The translations under genes were made by a program, and so were the position numbers. A stretch of 64,000 nucleotides of DNA, taken from Octopus vulgaris (Eukaryota). Location: the NCBI GenBank assembly GCA_951406725.2, contig OX597822.1, forward strand, positions 99,820,001 through 99,884,000, written 5' to 3'. This document shows, piece after piece, positions 10,383 to 23,559 of this stretch (positions within the stretch are counted from its first letter, which is position 1; every line of letters begins with the position of its first letter). The notes beneath the pieces were generated by a model. It was not told the origin of the DNA, searched no databases, and saw only the letters and a list, made by a program, of their open reading frames with translations.

Positions 10383-11016
10383 GCGAGAATGAAGCAACAA
10401 GAATGGATAGGTTTTAGTACAAGCGTTTCATACAAGGACAGGTTTTATTAAAAGTTGCAAAAATTACAGCATATAAACGTGTCCCGCACTATCAGCTAAA
10501 ATACATGTGAGTTCTCTAGACATCCTAGTGGTTGAGGCTATACTCATGAAGTAATGTAGATAATTAAGTAACATAAACAGATTTCAAAAGTTCATTAAAG
10601 TTCTTTAAAGATGATGTACAGTCTTATCACAGAATTTTAAAAAGTCTTAATAGCATCACAGAGAAGGTGACCAATCCATAGTGCACCTATGAATTTCCAG
10701 AAATTCATAGGTGCACTATGGATTGGGTCACCTTCTCTGTGATGCTATTAAGACTTTTTAAAATTCTGTGATAAGACTGTACATCATCTTTAAAGAACTT
10801 TAATGAACTTTTGAAATCTGTTTATGTTACTTAATTATCTACATTACTTCATGAGTATAGCCTCAACCACTAGGATGTCTAGAGAACTCACATGTATTTT
10901 AGCTGATGAGTACGGGACACGTTTATATGCTGTAATTTTTGCAACTTTTAATAAAACCTGTCCTTGTATGAAACGATTGTACTAAAACCTATCCATTCTT
11001 GTTGCTTCATTCTCGC
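10383..11016. repeat. 634-bp near-perfect palindrome (~315-bp arms, 2-nt loop at 10698-10699); probable inverted Penelope-type pLTR
   Basis: Arms differ at about 4 positions by eye; right arm continues as unique sequence to ~11133; (TA)n on both sides. Confidence 0.95.
10897..10987 (+). ncRNA. Type I minimal hammerhead ribozyme motif
   Basis: Stem I ttttag(10897-902)/ctaaaa(10982-87); CTGATGA 10903-09; stem II gtacgggaca/tgtccttgtat; GAAAC 10970-74; loop gatt; GTA cleavage triplet 10979-81. Confidence 0.75.
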
Positions 11017-11129
11017 TTATAATCACCCCACATTACTGTATTGTTAAATCAGTATAGTTTTTTTGGGTGCATCTAAGTTAGGTACCATATTCAAGTAAAT
11101 TCATTTAAATTAACTTGAATCTTTATTGC

Positions 11130-11237
<108 letters not shown>

Positions 11238-11616
11238 TACACACATACATACAGGCATATAGATATACACAGATATATATATATATATTTTTTTTTTAAT
11301 CCAAACGGGAAAACAAAAAACAACAACAGTGGAACAATTACAGTATTATTATTAATAGGCGCTCAGGAAATATGGAAGCAGGATATATATATATATATAC
11401 ATACACATGTATAGTCAGTCAATTTGAGGATGTTAGATCCACATTAGGGATTAAATAATCCAAAACATTCTGCTGGTTTTTATAAAAGAATTTCAACATT
11501 TTTATATTACACAAATAAATTATCTAAACATCCATGATTCTCCATTTTCTTTCATTCAATATGTATGTATGTATGCATGTATTTATACAGGTATATATAT
11601 ATATATATATATATAC

Positions 11617-11817
11617 CGCTGCCGATTTTCTTTCCTCTGTCTTCCCTTCTCGGGATCTTTCCTTCTCCTATGTTTCCGCCAAAGAGCTCCACTTGAAACG
11701 TTAAACCCTCCTTCTTCCCTTCTTTCCTGAGCATCCAATAATACTTTATTTGTTCCATGTCCTCGCGTTGCTGTGTTTTTTTTGGGGTTTTTTTTTGTGT
11801 TTTCTTGTTTGGATTAA

Positions 11818-11820
<3 letters not shown>
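11617..11820 (+). mobile_element. Short repeat in (TA)n with degenerate hammerhead-like motif (11672-11706)
   Basis: gttt-CCGCCAA-a-gagc-tcc-actt-GAAAC-GTT-aaac; same architecture as 9513-9548; related sequence on - at ~11297-11385. Confidence 0.5.
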
Positions 11821-11872
<52 letters not shown>

Positions 11873-12150
11873 ATATATGTATACACTAGTAACAGACGAG
11901 GCCCCACAACTAAAATCATATGCATATACATCTTTATTAAATTCGATTAGAGGTTGTATTAACCTCATGAAGGGATGGTTTCATACAAGGACACACTGGT
12001 TCAATACCTAGTATTTTGGGGGAATTAATTTCCTTAAAATAATAGGTATATATATAAAAACATATAGTTTATATTCATATAGAAGAAGAAAAAGAAAATG
12101 GAGATTGGAAAGTTAATAATTGTTTATTATTAACAGCAAATTAAACAACA

Positions 12151-12223
12151 TTCCTTACAGCTGTTTCAATTAATACACTGTAAATATTAAATTTATATGA
12201 CCTGAGCATATCTTCAGAGGGAA
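12151..12223 (-). ncRNA. Degenerate type I hammerhead motif
   Basis: Minus: ttccct-CTGAAGA...GAAAC-AGCT-GTA-aggaa; intact core and palindromic loop 3, poorly formed stem II. Confidence 0.55.
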
Positions 12224-13327
12224 AAAAATATACCCTTGGATGTTTTACGTGTGTTTATAAATTCATTATAGCAGACGGTATATATGTATATATATGTATG
12301 TATATATATAAAGAGAGAGAGAGAGAGAGAGAGAGAGATTCCATTATGTCTCTTCTTGGAATAAAAAAACTAATGTAAGCTGCATGGTGACCTCACTAGT
12401 GCTGGTGCCACAAAAAGAGGAATCCGGTACACAGAGTGTAAAGTGGTTGGTGTTAGAGAAGGCATCCAGTTGAAGAAACCATGCCAAAGCAGACACAGGA
12501 GCATGATGCAGTCTTTGGGCCTGTCAGATTCTGTCAAACCATCAATCCATGCCAGTATGGTAAATGGATGTTAAAATATGATGGTGGTGGTGGAGGTGGT
12601 CCTTCTTTTGAAAGGAGCTACTGGTAATGTCTATTATTGACCATACAGTTTGTTCACACAGAAATCCATCAGCATAAGTTTCCTCTTTTCATACCGATTT
12701 TTTTTTGTTCTCAGATGAACAAGTGATTTAGACAAAGCACCAAATGTAGGTGCTTATGTATGCTCCCAGTTCCCTTTCCTATTGAACTAAATCAATAAAA
12801 GAAGAGCATTGGTGTCTCTTATTTTCCAAACAATTCGAAAATTTATATAAAACAGGAGACTATTTACATGCATAAAGCTCACAGCTGTCGTAAACTTGTT
12901 TCTTAATTGAACGAAAACTGTCTAAGCCATCACTATCCATAGCATCACTTGTCAGAAATGACAACACACTTTTATCATTGCAGGCTGTTTGATTTCATGT
13001 CAAGACACAAGGAAAAAAAAAACTGTGGACTTAGAAGTAGATTTGTGGAAGAGATTTTTCTTACTTTGTCTTGTATATTTGTCCATAACTACTTTATTTG
13101 AACATTAGTGTAAATATTTATTATTCATGAAGATGGAAATTCATAGTCAAACCAAGTGATCAAGGAATCAGAAGACATGGAGACACAAATGTGATTGCTT
13201 TATAAAATGACTTTTATGTGTCTGTTAAGGTCTCTTCTGGTGACATTCTGTTTCTGTATAATGGCCATTTAGTCGTTAACATAATTGTTGATTCAACACT
13301 AGATGTCTCTGTATAGTGCTTATTTAA

Positions 13328-13482
13328 ATAATAATAATAATAATCACAACATCAATAGTAACAACAATAACAGTAATGACAACAACAACAATAAAATAAC
13401 GATAACAGCAACAATAACAATAGTAATGATAACAACAACAACAGTAATGACATCAATAATAATTGCGACAACAACAATAATG

Positions 13483-13539
<57 letters not shown>

Positions 13540-13592
13540 GCAACAACGATAATAACAATAATAACAATAACAACAATGACAATGATAATACA
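13328..13592. repeat. (AAT)/(AAC) trinucleotide tract
   Basis: Directly visible; source of poly-I/poly-L ORFs. Confidence 0.95.
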
Positions 13593-14070
13593 AATTTTAT
13601 AAATTTTAATATGAAAAAATCAAAACCAAAAAAATGAACCAAGAAAATTATTTCTTTGAGTTAAAGAAAAAAATTTCAAAATGGACTTGTAACATGAAGA
13701 ATGATAGAAGCAAAAGAAAAATGCTATTATGAGTGTAACCCTTTGATATAAGCTGATGGTTGTAGCTTGAGATTGAATGGGGCAGGCCAAGAGAAAATGG
13801 CGTGTCCACAGGTATGTGTTATCAACACTAATCACCATCATTATCATTCACTTTTCAATGCATGATGGACTAAATGGAATTTGTTAAGGTAGATTTTCTA
13901 GGATTGGGGAATCTTCTTGCTGCCAACCTTCACTTGTTTCCGAGTAAGATAATATTTCTTCATGACCAGGCATGCTTTTATGGAAAATTGGAAATGAAGG
14001 ACACCGCTGGTATGATGGTGACACTCGTTTACAACTATTACGTGATATCAAGACAAGGAGACACAAACAG

Positions 14071-14106
<36 letters not shown>

Positions 14107-14237
14107 TGTGTTTTTTAGTTTTTGTGTACCAAACATCCCTCAAAAGGCTTTGGTCAGTTCAGGGCTATAGCAGAAGACACTTACCCAAGATGCTGCATGT
14201 GGTCAGGAAGTAAACCTTTTAACTACTCAACCATGCA

Positions 14238-14271
<34 letters not shown>

Positions 14272-14309
14272 CCTATCTCTCCCTATATATAAATATATAT
14301 ATATATATA

Positions 14310-14611
14310 TCACCATGACCGACCAGGCTATCAGATGTTGTTACACATCGCTGGTCACAATGCGGTTCGCATTGTTTTAGCCTTCAAATGACGCCACCCC
14401 ACTGGCTAAGCGATCAGGCCAACAGAAGAAAGAGCGAGAGAAAGTTGTGGCGAAAGAGTACAGCAGGTGTCGCCACCATCCCCTGCCAGAGCCTCATGGA
14501 GCTTTAGGTGTTTTCACTCAATAAACACTCACAACGTCCAGTCTGGGAATTGAAAGCACAATCCTACAACTGCGAATCTGCTGCCCTAACCACTGGACCA
14601 TTGCGCCTCCA
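14310..14611 (-). mobile_element. SINE family C (tRNA-like head ggaggcgcaatggtccagtggttagggcagc), tail variant 1
   Basis: A/B-box-like head shared with 22030-22390 and 29325-29710. Confidence 0.8.
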
Positions 14612-14620
14612 TATAAATAT

Positions 14621-15472
14621 ATGCTACATGGCAGTGAAACATGGGCCATGACTGCTGAGGACATGCGTAAGCTTGCAAGGAATGAAGCTAGTATGCTTCG
14701 CTGGATGTGTAATGTCAGTGTGAATACACGATAGAGTGTAAGCGCCCTGAGAGAAAAGTTGGACATAAGAAGCATCAGATGTAGTATGCAAGAGAGATGA
14801 CTGCACTGGTATGGGTATGTGCTGCGAATGAATGAGGACAGCTGTGTGAAAAAGTGCCACACCCTAGCAGTTGAGGGAACCTGTGGAAGAGGTATCCCAG
14901 GATGAGGTGTGGAAGCACAACCTTCAAAAGTTGGGCCTCACTGAGGCGATGACAAGTGACTGAGACCTTTGGAGATATGCTGTGCTTGAGAAGACCTGAC
15001 ATGCCAAGTAAGACCATAAACATGGCCTATGCCAGTGCAGCAGAACCAGCCTATTTAAGAGTACCCTTCAGTCATTGGGCAATAAAGTGCGCTTGCAAAG
15101 ACCTGTTGAATCAAGTGAAGTCGTTGATGTGGCTGATGACAGTACTGCCTGATTGGCACCCATGCCAGTGGCACATAAAAAGCACTGTTTGAACGTTGTC
15201 AATGCCAGTGCTGGGTGACTGGTCCCATGCTGGTGGCACATAAAAAGAACCATTTGAGCATGGTCGTTGCCAGTGTCACCTGACTGGCTCCTGTGCTGGT
15301 GCCATGTAAAAAGCATCCACTACACTCTTGAAGTGGTTGGTGTTAGGAAGGGCATCCAGCTGTAGAAATTTTGCCAGATTGGATTGGAGCCTGGTGCAGC
15401 CAGCCCTCAGTCAAACCATCCAACCCATGCCAGCATGGAAAGTGGATGTTAAACAATGATGATGATGATGAT
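14621..15472 (+). mobile_element. 5'-truncated, decayed RTE copy
   Basis: Starts atgctacatggcagtgaaacatgggcc (=5322 onward of the intact copy); has stops/indels; ends in (GAT)n. Confidence 0.92.
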
Positions 15473-16197
15473 ATAAATTTTGTCTAAATATCTTATATTG
15501 CACCCAGGTGCCTAGATTAATTTTATACTACACACACACACAGAAAGATAAAGAGAGAAATAAAGAGTGAGTGTGAGAAAGAGAGAGTGAGTGAGATATG
15601 CAAAATATTTCAGTATAGTTTTATTAATTATATTTAATAATTTCCTCATTATCATCAACAGCAACCTATGTAATAATTTTAGCAGACCATAAAAAACAAA
15701 ACTGTTATGATACTACACCAGAGACTTTAATTATAAAAGAGAAAGAAGAAAGAGAAAGTAAAGAACCAATCAGTAACCAATCACATCTATGGAACATGAA
15801 CATTGCGTATCAAAGCTATTGAGATGGTAACAACCTTTAGGTAATATCTCAGAAAACAAGTTTTGGCTATTGTATACAACTAATTTATCTGAGAGAAAGT
15901 CAGAATTTGAATAGATTCTCAAAATAATACTTGACCTTTCACAGAATCTGTAATACAGACAATAATTTACAGCAAATAGGGAAATTTAGACAAATAAGAA
16001 ATAAATCATCTCCGATGATTAATTCTTTTTGTCAAATTAATCTGATAGATCAATAATAACTGGGCTACCTTAATTGTATATTAATATTTCAGCTTCAATA
16101 TTTTCTAACCACAATTAAATGGTATCTTCTATAATCTGGATGGGTCACATTTTTATTTTAAGATTAAGGTGGTTGACCATAACGACAAGCTACAGGA

Positions 16198-17116
16198 TTG
16201 TTGGACCTAAAAAGCATCAGATGTGGTGTGCAAGAGAGGCGTCTACGCTGGTATGGACACGTAGTAAGAATGGATGAAGATAGTTGTGTGAAAAAGTGCC
16301 ACACACTAGCAGTTGAGGGAACCTGTGGAAGAGGCAGACCCAGGAAAACCTGGGACGAGGTGGTGAAGAACGACCTTCGCGCTTTAGGTCTCACCGAGGA
16401 AATGACCAGAGACCAAGACCTTTGGAAGTATGCTGTGCGCGAGAAGACCCGGCAGGACACGTGAGGCCATAACCCATGGCCCCTACCTGGGACGTAGTCA
16501 GTCCACCTGTGCATACCTTCCTTCTTGGGACACTTGTGAAGACCTGTTGAGGCAAGTGAAAATCAAACCAAATCAAAATCAATGAACATCAATGGAATTT
16601 GTATTTTTATGGTACCAGTACCGGTGGCACATAAGAAAACCATCCGAACGTGGCCGTAGCCAGTACCGCATCGACTGGCCTCCGTGCTGTGGGCACGTAA
16701 CAAACACCATCCGATCGTAGCCATGCCAGCCTCGCCTGGCCTCCGTGCCGGTGGCACATAAAAAACACCATCCGAGCATGGCTGTTCGCCAGCCTCGTCT
16801 GGCACCTGTGTCGGTAGCACATAAAAAACACCATCCAAGCGTAGCCGTTCGCCAGCCTCGTCTGGCATCTGTCGGTGGCACATAAAAAACACCATTCGAG
16901 CGTGGCCGTTCGCCAGCCTCGTCTGGCACCTGTGTCGGTGGCACGTAAAAAGCACCCACTACACTCACGGAGTGGTTGGCGTTAGGAAGGGCATCCAGCT
17001 GTAGAAACACTGCCAGATCTGACTGGCCTGGTGCAGCCTTCTGGCTTCCCAGACCCCAGTTGAACCGTCCAACCCATGCTAGCATGGAAAGCGGACCTTA
17101 AACGATGATGATGATG
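16198..17116 (+). mobile_element. 5'-truncated RTE copy with expanded 3'UTR minisatellite
   Basis: ORF 16198-16464 is near-identical to the C-terminus of the 1055-aa ORF; about 5.5 units of ~63 bp at 16619-16956; (GAT)n tail. Confidence 0.95.
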
Positions 17117-19352
17117 TCAATAAAATTAAATGGTATCATGTCAGATTAAGCATTTTATGGTTCATCAGATTGGGATCACTATATCTAATTCACTTGCCCA
17201 TGTTTGCCCCACAGATCAGCATTCGCATATTCAGATAACAACAATAAAAACTATAGTAATAGGAGTGACACTTTTTAGCAGTTTATAGAAATATATAAGA
17301 CAATGCTCAGTCCCTAGGTTTCCTTAGCAGTCACCTAACTGCCTAAGAACAAACTAGGCTTGATGTTACTTAACTTCAGTGATTAGATGAGAATTGGTAC
17401 TTTCAGTGTGATATGACCATAAGTGTTAATGCCATGGGAAAGACACCCAGTTCACTCTGTAAAGTGGTTGGTGTTAGGAAGGGCAACCTGATCAAGCAGC
17501 CTGAGCTGATGCTCCCAAATCATACAAGTAATAGGATGCATCTCAGTTTCTGAGTATAATCATTGGTTAGGTACAAAATCTGACCAGTGGTAACCCATAG
17601 TCTTGTGAAGTGTCCTGGTGGCTCTTAAAGGACTTTGACAGTGTTCAGGTCCCACAACTACAGAACAAATCAAGGAACTGAAGACCTGAATTTTTGCCCT
17701 CCTGCTCAGACATCATAACAATGTAAAAAGACAAAGCAATGTTTACCATCTTTCCCAAACATAATAATTTTTACTTCAGGCACAAGGCCAGCAAATTTCA
17801 AGGGAGAAGGTTAGTTGATACAATTGATCCAAGCATTTTCTCAAACCTTTATATGATTGGCCACAGAAAGATGAATAACTAAATTGACCTCAACAGGATT
17901 TGAACTCAGAACATAAAGATCCAGAAGAAATACCTCAAAGTATGTTTTCTGAGTTTATATATTCCTGTTGAGGCTATTAATTCCTTCAGGGTCAATGAAT
18001 TTTCACAAATATAATGCATATATCATTTTAAGAAAAGTGAAGGCAAGGTCCTCTTCTCTACTCAGAAAAGTAATTTCTAAGCAAATTTTGAATAAGTATT
18101 AATTGCTAAAAGATTTTAAAGAATGATATTTTTAAACATATTGCCTTCTAACCTACAACATTAAATGTACTTCTTTTTCCTTTTAAATTTTGAACTTACA
18201 ACCAATTTCCAAGTTTAAGCCAAAGCACTCATTCTAAGAGATTTCTTGTAACACTTTTATAGTGTTTGCTGGCTTGTTATAACAGTCAATCCTTACCAAA
18301 AAATATTCCACTAATCCTATTCCTAAAATTGCTAAGAGAAGCCATATTTTCACTGACACTCAAATTCACAGAGAAATCTGCTGTAGGGAATAAATTCTTC
18401 ACTACAATTTCCAATAATCTGAAAAACAGGTTAACCCTTACCTATTGTAATATGAAATTCTGATATATTAGCCAACTGGCATGGCCATATAATACTCTTA
18501 TTTATATATTAGTAGATGAGGAACTGTGTGCATTGTTGAAAAAATATTCCAAAGCTATAACCATTAGAAACTTCGAGGTCTCCATTTCTCAGATTCATGT
18601 AGACAGGAATAGGAAACAAATTCAGTTGGAATGCATTCTTAAAGGGAGTTATTGCTACAAACAGTCAAGAAAAGAAGCTAAGAATGTTAACAATAAACAT
18701 TTGCAAAACTTAAAACTCAATATGGAAACTGGAGCTAAAACTGATAATTTCGATAATGATAAGGATTAATTGGAGGTGAGACATATTTAGATGTGATGAT
18801 AACTCGAGCTGTTAATTAAGCAACAGATCTCCTGGAGTAAATCCTCCTCTTCATCATCATTATCATCATCATCACCATCATCATCACCCTCATCCTCATC
18901 ATGATCATGATCATCATCATTATCATTATCACCATCATTGTCATCACCATTATCATCATCATCGCCATCATGAGGTTAATGTCACGTTCAGTTTTCTAAT
19001 TTATTACTGGGTTGTTTTTAGCTTTTGTTGTTTAGCTTCGGGTCAGCCTTAGTTGAGCCAACTTATGATTAAATGTTTGCATGCATGGATGAGTAGCTGG
19101 TTAAGAAGTTCAGTTCTCAACCACACGATTTTAGGTTCAACCCCACTGCAGGGTACCTTGGACAAGTGTCTTCAACCACAGCCTCAATACGATCAAGTCA
19201 AATTCATCATCATCATCATCATCATTATCATCATCATACATCCACTTTCTCATACTTGCATGGGTCAGACAAAATTGAAGCAGATATTCTATGCTTGGAT
19301 GCCTTTTCTCAATAGAAAGGGTATGTCTGTTTCCAAGTAGGATAATACATTC

Positions 19353-19953
19353 CTTATTTCTTTACTGCCTACAAGGGGCTACACACAGAGGGGACGAACA
19401 AGGACAAACAAATGGATTAAGTCGATTATGTTGACCCCAGTGTGCATACTGGTACTTATTTAATCGACCCCAAAAGGATGAAAGGCAAAGTCAACCTTGG
19501 TGAAATTTGAACTCAGAACTAAAGACAGCCAAAATACCTATTTCTTTACTATCCACAAGGGGCTGAACACAGAGGGGACGAACAAGGACAACCAAATGGA
19601 TTAAGTCGATTATGTTGACCCCAGTGCACATACTGGTACTTATTTAATCGACCCCAAAAGGATGAAAGGCAAAATCAACTTTGGTGGAATTTGAACTCAG
19701 AACTAAAGACAGCCGAAATACCTATTTCTTTACTATCCACAAGGGGCTGAACACAGAGGGGACAAACAAGGACAGACAAACAGATTAAGTCGATGACATC
19801 AACCCCAATGCATAACTGGTACTTTATTTATCGACCCCGAAAGGATGAAAGGCAAAGTCGACCTCGACGGAATTTGAACTCAGAACGTAATGACAGATGA
19901 AATACTGCTAAGCATTTCGCCCAGCGCGCTAACGTTTCTGCCAGCTCGCCACC
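19353..19953 (-). mobile_element. SINE family A tandem trimer (period 184 bp)
   Basis: ctatttctttact...gaactcagaac units at about 19354, 19538, 19722; a single head ggtggcgagctggcagaaacgttagc at the right end. Confidence 0.9.
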
Positions 19954-20117
19954 TTATGGCCAAACGTGTTTCCTACAAACAACTTCACTTGCAGATGATG
20001 ATGCTTATTTATAATCATCACATGGTGTCAAGACAAGAAAACATTAAACAATGGTGATTATATTCTTTTATTCTTTTATACGTTTCAGCCCTAAGGCCAC
20101 TTAAGGAAGACAGAATT

Positions 20118-20323
20118 AAGTACAACATAACTTGGTCCACACAAAACCATACAATATAATTTCCAGGAGATACTGACTCTGCTCCGAGGAATCCTTGTCT
20201 ATTCTGTGGACCAATGAGAAGATCATTAATAGAATTTCAGAAAGACTCTCAAGATGCCTACACACATATAAATGTACTTTCGCACAATGCAGTGGGAACA
20301 AATTTGAGAAACTGTTAACATAA
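20118..20323 (+). pseudogene. Decayed C-terminus of a Penelope-like GIY-YIG endonuclease
   Basis: KYNITWS, frameshift, then KPYNIISRRY*LCSEESLSILWTNEKIINRISERLSRCLHTYK resembles the PLE C.LC..EK..I...LN.R.E..S.CRH motif; a hammerhead remnant (ggctGAAACGTA) lies on - at ~20076-20108. Confidence 0.6.
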
Positions 20324-20333
20324 TTTACTTTAA

Positions 20334-20553
20334 CCCTTTTGCTACCAACCCAGCTGAAACCGGCTCTCGCTCTGAGTACAAATGTCTTGTTTTCATAAGT
20401 TTTGAATTTAAATCTTCCACCAAACCTTAGTCACAATTTATGTTCCTAACACTAGCTGAATGATAACTAAGTTATTTTACTAAATTCTTTGTTAGATTTA
20501 AATTAACTGAAAGAAACACAGAACATCAGAAAATAAATGCAGTAACGAAAGGA
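20334..20553 (+). mobile_element. piggyBac-like MITE family 1
   Basis: TTAA|CCCTTTTG...GAAAGGA|TTAA; same family as 63313-63630. Confidence 0.8.
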
Positions 20554-20805
20554 TTAAGATATGGATGAATTAAGTTTAGTTTTAACCTCCCCATTCTTAT
20601 AAACACCAAGTAGCTATTTAACTCGCTTTGTGACCATGACTGAACCAGACCACGTGTGTGTATGCTTACATTTTGGCGGATGCTCATATGAGCAAGTGTA
20701 CACGTGCCATGCTGCTTACACAAGGGCATTTATACATCCATATTTGTTAATACTTTTCTCAATGTATTGTTAGTTTGTTGATTTTTTGCATCTCTTTACT
20801 CTCTC

Positions 20806-21149
20806 TTTTACTCTTTTACTTGTTTCAGTCATTTGACTGTGGCCATGCTGGAGCACCGCCTTTAGTCAAGCAACTCGACCCCGGGACTTATTCTTTTGTA
20901 AGCCCAGTACTTATTTTATCGGTCTCTTTTGCCGAACCGCTAAGTAACGGGGACATAAACACACCAGCATCGGTTGTCAAGCAATGCTAGGGGGACAAAT
21001 ACAGACACACAAACACACACATGCATATATATATATATACATATATACGACGGGCTTCTTTCAGTTTCCGTCTACCAAATCCACTCACAAGGCTTTGGTC
21101 GGCCCGAGGCTATAGTAGAAGACACTTGCCCATGGTGCCACGCAGTGGG
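20806..21149 (-). mobile_element. SINE family B (tRNA/CORE-like head, central TA/TG tract, (GTAAAAGA)n tail)
   Basis: Head ggagtggctgtgtggtaagtagcttg...ggttcagtcccactgcgtggcacc; tail gaaacaagtaaaagagtaaa. Confidence 0.9.
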
Positions 21150-21730
21150 ACTGAACCCGGAACCATGTGGTTGGTAGACAAGCTACTTACCACACAGCCA
21201 CTCCTGCGCTTATCTGTCATTTTATTTTTGATCTTTTATATAAATGAAGATATTTCCTTTGTTTTGCTGTTTTTCTTTCTACAAAATGAGAAGATACATT
21301 GTGGAACTGTTATTTTAACAGGTTGTGTCTATTCATCATCCAATGAGATACATCTGCACCACCAGATGCTCCTGAACCAGTTAAATGTCCCACCCATGAG
21401 GGATTGACGCTAGATGTGTCGAAACAATTGTTGTGATTAATAATAAATTCTTATATATTCCATCTTCCGTCTTTCATTTGCCATGTATGGTGTGTGTGTG
21501 TGTGAATATAAATATATATGTATGTATGTATGTATATATATATATATATATAATAATATATCTCTACTGTAGCTTCTTTCTGTCAATGAGGATCTTAGTC
21601 TTGCAAGTTGCATGGTGCCCTCATGAGTGCTGATGCCACAAGAAAAAGAAGCACCTAATACATGCTGTAAAGTGGTCTACATTAGAAAGGGTATCCAGCT
21701 GAAGAGACCATGCCAAAGCAGATATTGTAG

Positions 21731-21950
21731 GCGGCGAGCTGGCAGAAACGTTAGTGCACCAGGCGAAATGCTTTCGCGGTATTTAGTCTGCTGCCACATT
21801 CTGAGTTCAAATTCCGCCAAGGTCGACTTTGCCTTTCATCCTTTCGGGTCGATAAATAAAGTACCAGTTGTGCACTGGGGTTGATGTAATTGACTTAATC
21901 CCTTTGTTTGTCCCCTCTATGTTTAGCCCCTTGTGGGCAATAAAGAAATA
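21731..21950 (+). mobile_element. SINE family A monomer with 11-bp TSD, inserted in an old RTE 3'UTR fragment
   Basis: agatattgtag at 21720-21730 and 21951-21961; core tttcatcctttcgggtcgataaataaagtaccag. Confidence 0.88.
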
Positions 21951-22029
21951 AGATATTGTAGCACAATGCAGTCTTTGGACCTGGTGGATATTGTCAAACT
22001 GCCTTAACCACCCTAACGTGGATGCTGCT

Positions 22030-22390
22030 GTTGCTGTTGAGCGAAGTGGTCTTCGTGGGAGAAATCCGAAACGTGGTCCTTTGCTATTCGTAAGACCTGC
22101 AGAAGAGAAAGCAGGTCAACCCCTAACACCGGGAGCATCGACAGATGGATGAATGCGCATCCAGGCACAGCGGTTGCGTAGGAAGTCGGGGACAAGAAAC
22201 AAGAAGAAAGAGTGAGAGAAAGTTGGAGTGAAAGAGTACAACGGGGGTCACCACCAGCCCCTGCCAGAGCCTCGTGGAGCTTTAGGTGTTTTCGTTCAAT
22301 AAACATACACAACACCCGGTCTGGGAATCGAAACCGCAATCCTCCGACCGCGAGTCCGCTGCCCTAACCATTGGGCCATTGCGCCTCCAC
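22030..22390 (-). mobile_element. SINE family C, tail variant 2 ((CAG/CAA)n end)
   Basis: tRNA-like head at the right end; body near-identical to 29325-29710. Confidence 0.88.
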
Positions 22391-22391
22391 T

Positions 22392-22423
<32 letters not shown>

Positions 22424-23271
22424 AACCATGTTTGTGCCTATACATACACAAATACATAAATGGTAGCATCACTAATATTTTACTTTACATGGATTTAGTT
22501 ATACACACATTCATATGAGAGCATCTAACAATATATAACTTTACACATGAGCATATACACAGACACATTCATAGCCAAGCACACACACGAACATATATTC
22601 ATGTACATGGTAGTTTCTGCAGATAATTACTTTACATAGAAAACATGTACATCTTCATGTATATACATTTGTGTGCACGGTATGAGTATGTATGTGTGTA
22701 TGTTCCTAAAGTTGTCAATTTAGAAAACAATTATTTTACCTTTTGCTGACAGGAATTCGATGGTGCAAATATGAAGCAATTTACTACCTTTGCATTATTT
22801 CCAATCACACAAAAAAAAAAAGAAATGGAAAGGAAGAGAAACAAACAAACTAGAATGGCCAACATGCTGTACTATAAAAGTATATTTATTAGAAAAACCA
22901 AATTTACTTTCAACCATTCCAACTCAAAGCTTATTAAAAAAATACTAATGAATCATGTATGTTCACACAAAATGAATTATGCGTATTCGCATATTCTTCC
23001 TCATTCTTCACTTTTTTATGTCCTATTTCCAATGATAATATGCGTTGGCCATATCTGTGATATGGCATCTTTTCATTCTATAGATCTTAATTATTCAGAG
23101 TTATATTTAATGGAGTTTTGGTAATTACTGAAAACTGCGTGACTAGAAGCTCACTTTATAACCATAAGGTGCCAGGTTCTGTCCCATAGCAAGGCATCTT
23201 GTGCAAATGCTTCCTACTATAATCTCAAGCCAACTAATGCTTTATATAAAGTGTATTTGGTAGGCAGAAAC

Positions 23272-23516
23272 CAGGCGCAGCCTCAGGAATTTCTCGAGGG
23301 GAAGGCACAGGGTCAGAAATGACTGAAACAAGTAAAAGAGTAAAAGAGTAAAATATAAACAAAAATAAAAGAATTACCAAAGAATTACTTTGTAAGCCTA
23401 GTACTTATTATATCGGTCTCTTTTGCTGAACCGCTAAATTACGGGGATGTAAACACACCAGCTTCGGGTGTCAAGCGATGTTGGGGGAACAAACACAGAC
23501 ATACAAACATATACGC

Positions 23517-23559
<43 letters not shown>

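Noticed and set aside
16619-16956. Resemblance of the 3'UTR units to pistol ribozymes or a CRISPR array
   Set aside because: P1-UAAA and GCG-hairpin are present but there is no GU site or P2 partner; units have no unique spacers and the DNA is eukaryotic with no cas genes.
22300-22390. tRNA-like sequence (also 14530-14611, 29625-29710)
   Set aside because: SINE heads with degenerate cloverleaf fused to a repeat body; not tRNA genes.
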